Assembly (NCBI GenBank): GCA_035360515.1
Contig: DAOSAY010000006.1
Location: 11,381-75,380, forward strand
DNA: 64,000 nucleotides
Source of the DNA: Bacteroidales bacterium
Lineage (GTDB): Bacteria > Bacteroidota > Bacteroidia > Bacteroidales > VadinHA17
Direction of reading: 5' to 3'
Positions 37,872-46,006 of the stretch are shown here, in pieces. The first letter of the stretch is position 1. Each line of letters starts with the position of its first letter. Under the pieces are notes generated by a model, which saw only the letters and a list, made by a program, of their open reading frames with translations, made no database searches and was not told the DNA's origin. Position numbers and translations under genes: made by a program.

Positions 37872-39282
37872 TTATTTTCCGGCTCTCCTTTTCAAGAATA
37901 CTTTTCAAAAATCCTTCCAGATTCTCTGAAGGTGAAGGGCAATATCTTACTGCAATCCTGCCTTCTCTGTCGAGAAGCATAAAGGACGGATAAATTCTCA
38001 GATCGTATAAATCGGCCAGAAACGGATTAACGGTTCCATCCAGAAAGAGCCAGTCATAACCCCTTTTTCTGAAGTATGATAACATGTCTCTGTAATTTTT
38101 ACCCGTAATGACAGCAGCAAGGATAACATTGTCCTTAAAATTACTGATCCACGACTTTAACAGGGCAAGTTCACTCAGTGAAGCATAGTCGGTCTCTTTG
38201 ATAAAGACAAGCAGTAAAAACTTTCCCTGAAAATCCCCGGCAGTTACCATCCTGCCTGAACTATCGGGCAAGTAAAAAGGTGGCGGAAAGGTGCCAGGAG
38301 CAAGTGCTGTTGCATTTTGCTTCAGAATAAGAGCCAGGTTACATATATACTCGTTTTTACCACCCGTATGAAGTGAGTCAAAAATTGCAAGGGCATTTTC
38401 TTCTTTTAATAAACCGCTGAAATAACCGTAATATGTATTCATAAGAATAACATACTGCTGCAGAAGGGGGTTTACAACTTTCCCCTCTCGGGTCAATATT
38501 TTCATAATTTCTGAGGGCGATGAATTGTTTACAGCTCCCGCAAACTCTTTTTTCAACGGTCCGGCAGAAAGTAACTTAAACGAGTTCTCATACAACTGTT
38601 CAAGAAGATCGGTGTAAGCTGGGTTTTCAGGCACAAATTTCTGGTTGATAAGTACCGAGTCTTCACGGCGACCCGGATATTCACCCCATGCTACCAGATT
38701 AAGCATAATGGTTCTGTATTTTACAAAGTCCCTGAAAAAGGGATCATCCGAATAACCCGTCAATTTATTCAGGCTTTCAATCAAACCCGGAATTTCATCT
38801 TTCCTCACATCTTTATCAACTCTTTCCGAGACTCTGTTGAATACAGTATTATACTCCGCATCAAATGTCCTTATAAGGTTATTGATATCACCGGGATTAT
38901 TCACAACCTCAGGAATTACGGTTATTCCTGCAAAAAACGGGTTGTTTTCTTCTTCCGGAGGCATTGGATTGTAAGCCGGCAGTTTCAGTTCATAAGTATG
39001 CCCTTCACGGACAAGAAGCAAAAAACGGTAAATGCCTGATTTAATATAAACCAACTCAATGGATTTAACTGGAATTTCGGTCTGAAATTCCCCTTTTTCG
39101 TTGCATTCAGTAATAAAAAGCGGAATGAGTTTACGTGAGACAGGATCGGACTGCCGGTAAAATGCAAGCTTTGCACCTGCATAACCTTCACCATTGCCTT
39201 TAATGATTACAGGCTGGGCAAGGCTACTTATAAGAGGAAAAAGCAGAAATAAACTGAAAATAATTTTAAGACTCCTCATCAA
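37861..39282 (-). CDS. secreted TlpA/ResA-like thioredoxin-fold protein lacking the CxxC motif
   Basis: 473 aa. Signal peptide SLA/QP. C-terminal about 140 aa follow the TlpA pattern (PPPFYLPDSSGRMVTAGDFQGKFLLLVF-IKETDYASLSE-..YPSFMLLDREGRIAV), but the WCxxC position reads IKETDYAS. Confidence 0.5.
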   Translation of the reverse strand: MMRSLKIIFSLFLLFPLISSLAQPVIIKGNGEGYAGAKLAFYRQSDPVSRKLIPLFITECNEKGEFQTEIPVKSIELVYIKSGIYRFLLLVREGHTYELKLPAYNPMPPEEENNPFFAGITVIPEVVNNPGDINNLIRTFDAEYNTVFNRVSERVDKDVRKDEIPGLIESLNKLTGYSDDPFFRDFVKYRTIMLNLVAWGEYPGRREDSVLINQKFVPENPAYTDLLEQLYENSFKLLSAGPLKKEFAGAVNNSSPSEIMKILTREGKVVNPLLQQYVILMNTYYGYFSGLLKEENALAIFDSLHTGGKNEYICNLALILKQNATALAPGTFPPPFYLPDSSGRMVTAGDFQGKFLLLVFIKETDYASLSELALLKSWISNFKDNVILAAVITGKNYRDMLSYFRKRGYDWLFLDGTVNPFLADLYDLRIYPSFMLLDREGRIAVRYCPSPSENLEGFLKSILEKESRKIISR

Positions 39283-39751
39283 ATTTATAATCTGACAGTT
39301 TTATGGCCGAAGGCACAAACATCGAAGCATCTCCGCCACTTTTTATGATATCCCTGATTATTGTTGAATTTACAGGTGCATGTTCGGGAATGGTAAGTAT
39401 GAATACCGATTCGATATCAGGTGCCATTATACGGTTCATCTGGGCTATAGCACGTTCGAATTCAAAATCGGCCGCTGTTCGCAAACCTCTCAGAATAAAT
39501 TTTGCATTGTGTTTCCTGCAGTAATCCACTGTTAGTCCCTCGTAATGGTCTACCTTTATCCTTGGCTCATTCCGGAAGACTTCAGATATCATTTTTTTCC
39601 TTGTTTCAACCGAATAGAGGCATTTCTTCAGCGGGTTGGCACCAACTGCTATGATTATTTCATCGAAGATTTCGAGTCCACGTTTTACAACACCTTCGTG
39701 TCCAACTGTAAAGGGGTCAAAAGTTCCGGGGAAAACAGCAATTTTTTTCAT
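39266..39751 (-). CDS. coaD: pantetheine-phosphate adenylyltransferase
   Basis: 161 aa with N-terminal FPGTFDPFTVGH nucleotidyltransferase motif. Confidence 0.93.
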   Translation of the reverse strand: MKKIAVFPGTFDPFTVGHEGVVKRGLEIFDEIIIAVGANPLKKCLYSVETRKKMISEVFRNEPRIKVDHYEGLTVDYCRKHNAKFILRGLRTAADFEFERAIAQMNRIMAPDIESVFILTIPEHAPVNSTIIRDIIKSGGDASMFVPSAIKLSDYKFDEES

Positions 39752-39753
39752 AT

Positions 39754-42219
39754 TCAGTCAAAGGTTATTTTTTTCGGATTTTTCACCTTTTGTTTAAGAA
39801 GCGATATTTCGAGGGCTTCCATTATGGTGTCGACATAATGCAATTTAAGTCCTTTCAGGTAGATTTTATCGATAGCTTCCACATCTTTTCTGTTATCTGA
39901 TGAAAGAACTATTTCTCTTATGCTTGCTCTTTTTGCTGCGAGAATTTTTTCCTTGATGCCGCCCACCGGAAGTACTTTTCCGCGCAGGGTTATCTCACCG
40001 GTCATGGCAAGGTATTTCTTTACCTTCCTCTGGGTGAATGCTGAAGCTATTGAAACAGCCATGGTAATACCTGCTGAAGGGCCGTCTTTAGGTATTGCTC
40101 CCTCAGGCACATGAATATGGATGTTCCACTTTTCAGCGAAGTTATCGGGCAGACCCAGCAAATCAGCATTCGATTTAAGGTATTCAAGTGCAAGCACTGC
40201 TGATTCTTTCATTACCTCGCCAAGGTTTCCTGTAAGAGTAAGTTTACCGTTACCCCTGCTGAGGCTTGTTTCAACAAATAATATCTCCCCGCCGGTAGCG
40301 GTCCATGCAAGGCCAGTGACAACACCTGCCTGTTCATTGCCTGTATAGAGATCCCGGGTATATTTGGGCGGACCAAGTATTTCAGTCAGCTCTTCTGCGG
40401 TCAGCTCCGGATTGAATTTTGTACCAGAAGCAATATCTTTTGCCCTGATTCTCACAATCTTGGCCAGACGTTTATCAAGTTCCCTTACGCCCGATTCCCT
40501 GGTATACTTATCAATAATAATCTCCATCAGTTTCCTGCTTATTTTCAGTTCATCGGGTTTAACACCGTGATTTTCGAGCTGTTTTGGCAGAAGATGTCGC
40601 AGGGCAATTTCAACTTTCTCTTCAGGCAGGTATCCGGTTATTTCAATAAGTTCCATCCTGTCGCGCAGGGCAGGGCTTATAGTAGCTACAGTATTGGCTG
40701 TAGCGATGAACATGACTCTCGAAAGGTCATATTCCATTTCGAGGAAGTTGTCGTAGAAAGTGTTATTCTGCTCAGGGTCAAGGACTTCCAGTAGGGCAGA
40801 TGAAGGGTCGCCTCTGAAATCCTGACCAACTTTATCGACCTCATCGAGGATGAAAACCGGGTTTGAGGAGCCTGCACGTTTTATGTTCTGTATTATACGG
40901 CCGGGCATTGCTCCTATGTATGTCTTGCGATGCCCTCTTATCTCTGCTTCATCGTGCAACCCGCCAAGTGACATTCTGACATATTTGCGGCCCAGTGCCC
41001 TTGCTATTGATTTGCCAAGTGAGGTCTTTCCTACACCCGGAGGGCCATAAAGACACAGTATAGGCGACTTCATGTCACCTTTAAGTTTAAGCACTGCCAG
41101 ATGTTCGAGAATTCTTTCCTTTACTTCCTCAAGCCCGTAATGGTCGTCGTCAAGAACCTTGCGGGCATTGGCAAGATCAAGGTTATCTTCGGTATATTCA
41201 CCCCATGGAAGGTCAAGGAGTGTCTGGATATAGTTCACCTGTACAGAATACTCAGCGGCAGCAGGGTTGAGGCGGTAGAGTTTATCAAGTTCCCTGTCGA
41301 ATATTTTCCGTACATCCTGTGACCATTTTTTCTGATCTGCCTTCTTTTTAAACTCTTCTATCTCCTTCTCAAGCGGGTTTACTCCCAGTTCATCCTGTAT
41401 TTTCTTCATCTGCTGATGAAGCAGATATTCCCTCTGTTGCTGTTCGAGATCGCTTTTAACCTTCATCTGAAGCTCTGTTTTGAGCTCCAGCATCTGGATC
41501 TCCTCCACAAGATATTGAAGCAGCATATAACCCCTGTCGCGCATACTATCAGCTTCAAGGAGTTTCTGCTTATCCTGCATCTTTATATCGGTATTGGAGC
41601 AGATGAAATTAATCAGGTAGAAACTGTTCTCTATATTTTTTATAGCGAATGTTGCCTCGGGTGAAATATTGGGATTAAGCTTGATAATTTTAAGCGACAT
41701 GTCACGAAGGGAACCGACTATGGTTTCGAATTCCCTGTTATCAGGTTCCGGTTTAATTTCAGGAGCAGCTTTAACCCTTGCCATAAAATAAGGTTCGGAT
41801 GAGACAAGCGTCTCAAGCTTTATTCTTTTTCTGCCCTGTATTATTGCTGTGGTTGAACCGTCGGGCATCTCGAGTAGTTTGATTATCTGGCCGAGCGTAC
41901 CAACGGTATGAAGGTCTTCATAGGCAGGATTTTCGATATCGGGATCTTTCTGTGCCACAGTTGCAACAATCTTATCGGTGCGGTATGCATCCCTTATAAG
42001 CTGGATGGAACGCGGACGCGCTATGGAAATAGGCAGAACAACGCCTGGAAAAAGAACTGTATTACGTAATGAAAGTACAGGCACCACCTCGGGCACCTCT
42101 ATATCTTCAAGATCCCTGTCGTCTCCGTCGGCAATAATAGGAATTATCTCTCCTTCCCCATTAATCATCTCCTGAAAGAAAAAACCCTGTATCAGCGACT
42201 TTTTTTGCTTTTCGTCCAT
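39754..42219 (-). CDS. lon: endopeptidase La (Lon protease, LonA type)
   Basis: 821 aa. N-terminal LON substrate-binding domain, Walker [10 protein letters not shown], and protease Ser-Lys dyad region [11 protein letters not shown]. Confidence 0.95.
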   Translation of the reverse strand: MDEKQKKSLIQGFFFQEMINGEGEIIPIIADGDDRDLEDIEVPEVVPVLSLRNTVLFPGVVLPISIARPRSIQLIRDAYRTDKIVATVAQKDPDIENPAYEDLHTVGTLGQIIKLLEMPDGSTTAIIQGRKRIKLETLVSSEPYFMARVKAAPEIKPEPDNREFETIVGSLRDMSLKIIKLNPNISPEATFAIKNIENSFYLINFICSNTDIKMQDKQKLLEADSMRDRGYMLLQYLVEEIQMLELKTELQMKVKSDLEQQQREYLLHQQMKKIQDELGVNPLEKEIEEFKKKADQKKWSQDVRKIFDRELDKLYRLNPAAAEYSVQVNYIQTLLDLPWGEYTEDNLDLANARKVLDDDHYGLEEVKERILEHLAVLKLKGDMKSPILCLYGPPGVGKTSLGKSIARALGRKYVRMSLGGLHDEAEIRGHRKTYIGAMPGRIIQNIKRAGSSNPVFILDEVDKVGQDFRGDPSSALLEVLDPEQNNTFYDNFLEMEYDLSRVMFIATANTVATISPALRDRMELIEITGYLPEEKVEIALRHLLPKQLENHGVKPDELKISRKLMEIIIDKYTRESGVRELDKRLAKIVRIRAKDIASGTKFNPELTAEELTEILGPPKYTRDLYTGNEQAGVVTGLAWTATGGEILFVETSLSRGNGKLTLTGNLGEVMKESAVLALEYLKSNADLLGLPDNFAEKWNIHIHVPEGAIPKDGPSAGITMAVSIASAFTQRKVKKYLAMTGEITLRGKVLPVGGIKEKILAAKRASIREIVLSSDNRKDVEAIDKIYLKGLKLHYVDTIMEALEISLLKQKVKNPKKITFD

Positions 42220-42336
42220 ATAGTTTTAAAAGTACGTTTAAAATTACATATTATTTTTCTGGCAATTAACCATTATAGAATCGAGGTTATCAACACCTTC
42301 AAAATTTATACCAGACTTTCCCGTTGTAAAAAACGT

Positions 42337-42375
42337 AAAAAAGGGGCTAACAGGTAATGTCAGCCCCCTTTTTAT
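42337..42375 (-). terminator. intrinsic terminator downstream of rpmE
   Basis: Stem GGGGCT(AAC)/(GTC)AGCCCC, flanked by A6 on the plus strand (T6 on the minus strand) and a T-run on the other side. Confidence 0.7.
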
Positions 42376-42391
42376 TTTATCGTAAAAACTA

Positions 42392-42658
42392 TTATTGTTT
42401 CTTCTTTTCAAGATGGCTTTTATAGCGGCTCATGTACCTGTCGACGCGACCTGCAGAGTCAACAAGTTTCATCTTACCAGTATAGAACGGATGGGAAGTA
42501 TTTGATATCTCAAGTTTAATCAATGGGTATTCCTTTCCGTCTTCCCATTTAATGGTTTCCTTCGAGGGGGCTGTTGATTTACCCAGAAAAGCATAGCCGT
42601 TCGACATGTCCTGAAACACAACAAGCCTGTAATTACCCGGATGTATACCTTTCTTCAT
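42392..42658 (-). CDS. rpmE: 50S ribosomal protein L31, type B (no zinc ribbon)
   Basis: 88 aa. [17 protein letters not shown] with no CxxC pairs. Confidence 0.9.
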   Translation of the reverse strand: MKKGIHPGNYRLVVFQDMSNGYAFLGKSTAPSKETIKWEDGKEYPLIKLEISNTSHPFYTGKMKLVDSAGRVDRYMSRYKSHLEKKKQ

Positions 42659-42689
42659 CTTTCAAATATTAATTATTAAAACAGGGTTG

Positions 42690-42697
42690 CAAATTTA
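42690..42697 (-). promoter_or_regulatory. -7 box (TAAATTTG) candidate for rpmE
   Basis: TAnnTTTG match on the minus strand, 32 nt upstream of ATG 42658. Confidence 0.35.
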
Positions 42698-42741
42698 CTT
42701 ATTTATTTTTAAATAAAAAACATCATTGAAAATAATTTATA

Positions 42742-43971
42742 TCACCCTTTTTCTCCCTCATCCTTTCTACGGTCCAGTTTAATTGCAATTTCTTCTTTAT
42801 ACCTGACGAAAGGGATATTTTTATTTATCATATACCGGTAGGTATAGTGTGTCTTTGCCTTTTTTGCTCCGAGAGCCTCGTGAATGGCAATCATCTTCGG
42901 GTTAAAATCACCCACCCAGGAGAGCTCAAGTTCCTTGTACCACTTTTTCCTTTTAAACACATTATAAAGCTGAAGGAAAATTGCCGATTCAATTCCGCTG
43001 TTCTGGTGTGACGGGTTAACACCACCTACCACAGCTCTCATGCGTGTCATTTTATGGGTAGCTTTATACCACAGAAAGCGCAATTTATTCCAAAGGTGAA
43101 GTTTGCCGTTGAAGTGTTTTATTATCTGGTTGAGGTCGGGATAGAGAATGAAGAATGCCACAGGTTTGTCTTTGTAATAGGCAAACCATATAAGTTCTTC
43201 ATCCACAAATGCTCTGATCTTGCGGAATGTTTCCTTCAGGAACTGAGGCTCAAGAGGTGTAAAATCTTCCTTGAATGAGGACCATGTTGAATTATATACT
43301 TCTATAAGGTCGTTAATATACTTTTCGAGGTTTTTGAATTCCACATGTTGAAAGGAGTATCCCGGCCTTTTTGAAATCCACTCCGCTATTTTTACCATTC
43401 TTTCCGGAAACATCACAATCTTATTGTCCGGCCCTCTTACGGTACAATGGTATGAATACTGCTCAAAATATTTCTGGAATCCGTACTCCTCAAAGAATTT
43501 CCTGTAATATTCTTTATTATAAGGCATACCGATGCCCTGTTGCATGAAGCCCTCAACGAGCAGACCCCAGTTACTCTCATTTTCACCAAAATTAATGGGG
43601 CCATCCATTGCTTCCATACCTCTCTGTGCAAGCCACTCTCTTGCGGTGTCGAACAGCATGAAGGCGGCATCACGGTTGTCAATCACCTCAAAATAGCCTA
43701 TTCCGCCTGTCGGCTGCGTGTTTGCCTTAGATCTTATATAATCTATAAAAGCTGCAATCCTGCCGATAACTTTATTTTTGTCATCAACAAGAATCCACCT
43801 TGTGGCTTCTCCATGACGAAAGGTGGGATTTCTTCCGGGATCAAAAACTCCCTCTAATTCATCGTCGAGAGGACAAACCCAGTTGGGGTCACCTTTATAT
43901 AGCTCTTTAGCAAAACGCAGGAAAGCTTTCCTGTCAGCTTTTGTCTTGACTTCTATAACCCTGAAGGACAT
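42742..43971 (-). CDS. GNAT-like acyl-CoA N-acyltransferase-fold protein (function unknown)
   Basis: 409 aa. The N-terminal pattern (FLRFAKELYKGDPNWVCPL..) resembles a Bacteroidota family usually annotated as GNAT N-acetyltransferase. This is recognition from memory only. Confidence 0.4.
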   Translation of the reverse strand: MSFRVIEVKTKADRKAFLRFAKELYKGDPNWVCPLDDELEGVFDPGRNPTFRHGEATRWILVDDKNKVIGRIAAFIDYIRSKANTQPTGGIGYFEVIDNRDAAFMLFDTAREWLAQRGMEAMDGPINFGENESNWGLLVEGFMQQGIGMPYNKEYYRKFFEEYGFQKYFEQYSYHCTVRGPDNKIVMFPERMVKIAEWISKRPGYSFQHVEFKNLEKYINDLIEVYNSTWSSFKEDFTPLEPQFLKETFRKIRAFVDEELIWFAYYKDKPVAFFILYPDLNQIIKHFNGKLHLWNKLRFLWYKATHKMTRMRAVVGGVNPSHQNSGIESAIFLQLYNVFKRKKWYKELELSWVGDFNPKMIAIHEALGAKKAKTHYTYRYMINKNIPFVRYKEEIAIKLDRRKDEGEKG

Positions 43972-44075
43972 ATTACCTGTGGTTCAAAAATTATATTGAC
44001 TTCACAGTTCGGAAATTACCGTAAAGACTGACACAAAGATATGCAAATAAAAGTTAAATATTACGAGTTAGCTTA

Positions 44076-45422
44076 TTATTGAATATCTATAATTCTGTGG
44101 TCAATCAGAACAAAGAGGATTGTAATCAGAACGGAATATGTCACATACTCCTTAAGAGGTATGTATTCTGATGGGTTAATATTCATTTTTGTCCATACAT
44201 ACCACACAAGGAATATTTTTTCGATACAGTATACTATAAAGGTTGCCAGTGCTACTCCCACTGTTCCATAAGGCTCAATAAGCAGGAGGCTCAGTGGTAT
44301 ATTTATTGCCAGCTCTATTACTGCAGCGATAAGTGTAATATGAGTCTTTTTTCGGCCTATCACGATTGTCTGGGGGAATACCAGGCGAGGTATTATAAGC
44401 AGCAGGTAAATAAGGAAAATATCAGCACTTCTTATGAATTCGGGTGTGAATACTCGCGGGAAGAGCCAGCGGGTGAACAGCATCACCACCATGCTTGAAG
44501 GGAAAAGAAAATGCATCAATTTTCTTGACCTGGTTTTAATTTTTCCAAGTGCCTCTTTCATTCGCGACCTGGTTGAAAACTCCGGCAGCATTGCATTGCT
44601 CAACCCGTTTGCAAGCATCAGAACAAGCGGAAACTCTTTTGCACCATATCGGAAGTGTGCAAAGATTTCCGGATTCTTATAATACGCCGAGATGATTATT
44701 CCGTCGATATACTGTGCCGAACCACTTATAAGCGAAGTTAGTATCAGAGGTGCTCCGAGATAAAGGTGTTCCTTCATAAATTCAAATGAAACCTTCATCT
44801 CCGAGTACCTTTTTAAAAGAACTATCAGCCATACCCATCTTATTGCCGTTATGGCAAGCAGCCCGTAAAATGCCCAGAAAAGGTCCTTCCCTGCAACGAT
44901 TGGGCCTATTATCATTAACAGCTGGGCTGCGAAGGTATAAACACCATACTGAACTATACGGTGGGCTCTGTTCTTGAGAAGATAGATATATTCAATGAGG
45001 CATACTGGATTGCTTAGAAGTATGTACCAGAGTAGTAACCTGATGAATGGATCTTTACCCGAAAAACCGAAAATAGAGACAGAGCCTTTAATTGAAAATC
45101 CTAGCAGAAAAACAAGCAGGCTGAAAAAGGTAAGCAGAAGAAATGCATTGAATATTTCAGGTGATTTTTCACCGATATTTTCCCCTCTTTTCCCATATGT
45201 GCGGTTACGGTGGTAAATAGGAAGAAGCGACTGGATTATTCCCGTCACCCAGAAGAAACTGACAAGGCTTGCTATGAAAAGAAACATCTCCCAATCACCA
45301 ATCTCAGCTTTTGTAAGATGGCTTTTGGTGAAAACTATGCTGATGATCAGAAAAACCGTAAACCTCAGCAATTGAAAGAGCTGAAGCCCCGAAATGTTAT
45401 CTATAAATTTTATCTTCTTCAA
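44076..45422 (-). CDS. MOP-superfamily polysaccharide/oligosaccharide flippase-like membrane protein
   Basis: 448 aa, about 12-14 TM segments. Wzx/MurJ-like topology. No catalytic motif to anchor the call. Confidence 0.5.
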   Translation of the reverse strand: MKKIKFIDNISGLQLFQLLRFTVFLIISIVFTKSHLTKAEIGDWEMFLFIASLVSFFWVTGIIQSLLPIYHRNRTYGKRGENIGEKSPEIFNAFLLLTFFSLLVFLLGFSIKGSVSIFGFSGKDPFIRLLLWYILLSNPVCLIEYIYLLKNRAHRIVQYGVYTFAAQLLMIIGPIVAGKDLFWAFYGLLAITAIRWVWLIVLLKRYSEMKVSFEFMKEHLYLGAPLILTSLISGSAQYIDGIIISAYYKNPEIFAHFRYGAKEFPLVLMLANGLSNAMLPEFSTRSRMKEALGKIKTRSRKLMHFLFPSSMVVMLFTRWLFPRVFTPEFIRSADIFLIYLLLIIPRLVFPQTIVIGRKKTHITLIAAVIELAINIPLSLLLIEPYGTVGVALATFIVYCIEKIFLVWYVWTKMNINPSEYIPLKEYVTYSVLITILFVLIDHRIIDIQ

Positions 45423-45671
45423 ACCTTTTGTTGCATAATCATTATTCCCCTGAACTCGTTCCTTTATTCTGGCCTTTATCCATCAAAGCTTCCAATTCAT
45501 TACAGAGATGAAGCTGTTGATTCTTTTTAAAGTAAATATGAGTTCAAAAGGAGTTTTGAAACTTAACATAAAACTTCGGTAATGATTAAAAATTGTAACA
45601 CCAGCATTTATTTTTTAAACAGGGCAAAGTTAAAAAATGGGTTAAAGGCTCAAGTTAAAAATATTGAAAAT

Positions 45672-45702
45672 TTTGTATTCTCCCTTTTTGGATATAATTT
45701 TG
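45672..45702 (+). promoter_or_regulatory. Bacteroidota-type promoter for tRNA-His (-33 TTTG, -7 TAATTTTG)
   Basis: TTTG at 45672-45675 and TAATTTTG (TAnnTTTG consensus) at 45695-45702, with a 19-nt spacer. The tRNA 5' end lies 13 nt downstream. Confidence 0.5.
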
Positions 45703-45714
45703 CAAGCCGGATAC

Positions 45715-45789
45715 GGTGGATGTAGCTTAGTTGGTCAGAGCGCCAGATTGTGGCTCTGGAGGTCGCCGGTTCGAATCCGGTCTTCCACC
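45715..45789 (+). tRNA. tRNA-His (anticodon GTG) with genome-encoded G-1; no encoded CCA
   Basis: Hand-folded. G-1 + acceptor GTGGATG/CTTCCAC (one T-T mismatch), D-arm TAGCTTAGTTGGTCAGAGC, anticodon arm CCAGA-TTGTGGC-TCTGG, T-arm GCCGG-TTCGAAT-CCGGT, discriminator C73 pairing with G-1. This G-1/C73 pair is a hallmark of bacterial tRNA-His. Confidence 0.9.
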
Positions 45790-45824
45790 CGTCAGAAAGG
45801 CTGAGCCTGAAAGGCCGGCCTTAT
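45774..45824 (+). repeat. direct repeat copy 1 (last 16 nt of tRNA-His + 35 nt downstream)
   Basis: AATCCGGTCTTCCACCCGTCAGAAAGGCTGAGCCTGAAAGGCCGGCCTTAT. Identical at 50 of 51 positions to 45949-45999. Confidence 0.9.
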
Positions 45825-45831
45825 TTTTTTT
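45797..45831 (+). terminator. intrinsic terminator after tRNA-His
   Basis: Stem AAGGCTG / CGGCCTT (one G-U pair) around a 12-nt loop, or alternatively the palindrome AAGGCCGGCCTT. Followed by A + T8. Confidence 0.6.
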
Positions 45832-45948
45832 AAACGAGCCAGGCTTGCCTGTGCGAGTAATTAAAAAATAAGGCCGATTTTGCCAAAGGCAAAACAGAAT
45901 TTCTGACGGAAGTAACTTTCAAAAAGGTTCGACCACCGTAAGGTGGTC

Positions 45949-45999
45949 AATCCGGTCTTCCACCCGTCAGAAAGGCTGGGCCTGAAAGGCCGGCCTTAT
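45949..45999 (+). repeat. direct repeat copy 2 (orphan tRNA-His 3' fragment + terminator hairpin without the T-tract)
   Basis: Same 51-mer with A-to-G at 45979. Preceded by GGTTCGA (45926-45932) and a 16-nt hairpin insert CCACCGTAAGGTGGTC. There is no tRNA 5' half. Confidence 0.9.
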
Positions 46000-46006
46000 A
46001 TAACAA

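Noticed and set aside
42298-42313. Minus-strand TGGTATAAATTTTGAA upstream of lon as a stand-alone sigma-54 promoter
   Set aside because: The -12 element is GA rather than GC, and the -24 flank is poor. I kept it only as supporting context in the grpE finding.
45926-45999. A second tRNA gene downstream of tRNA-His
   Set aside because: Only T-arm and acceptor 3' sequence is present. There is no 5' acceptor strand, D-arm or anticodon arm, and the T-loop is interrupted by a 16-nt insert. I treat it as a repeat or att remnant instead.
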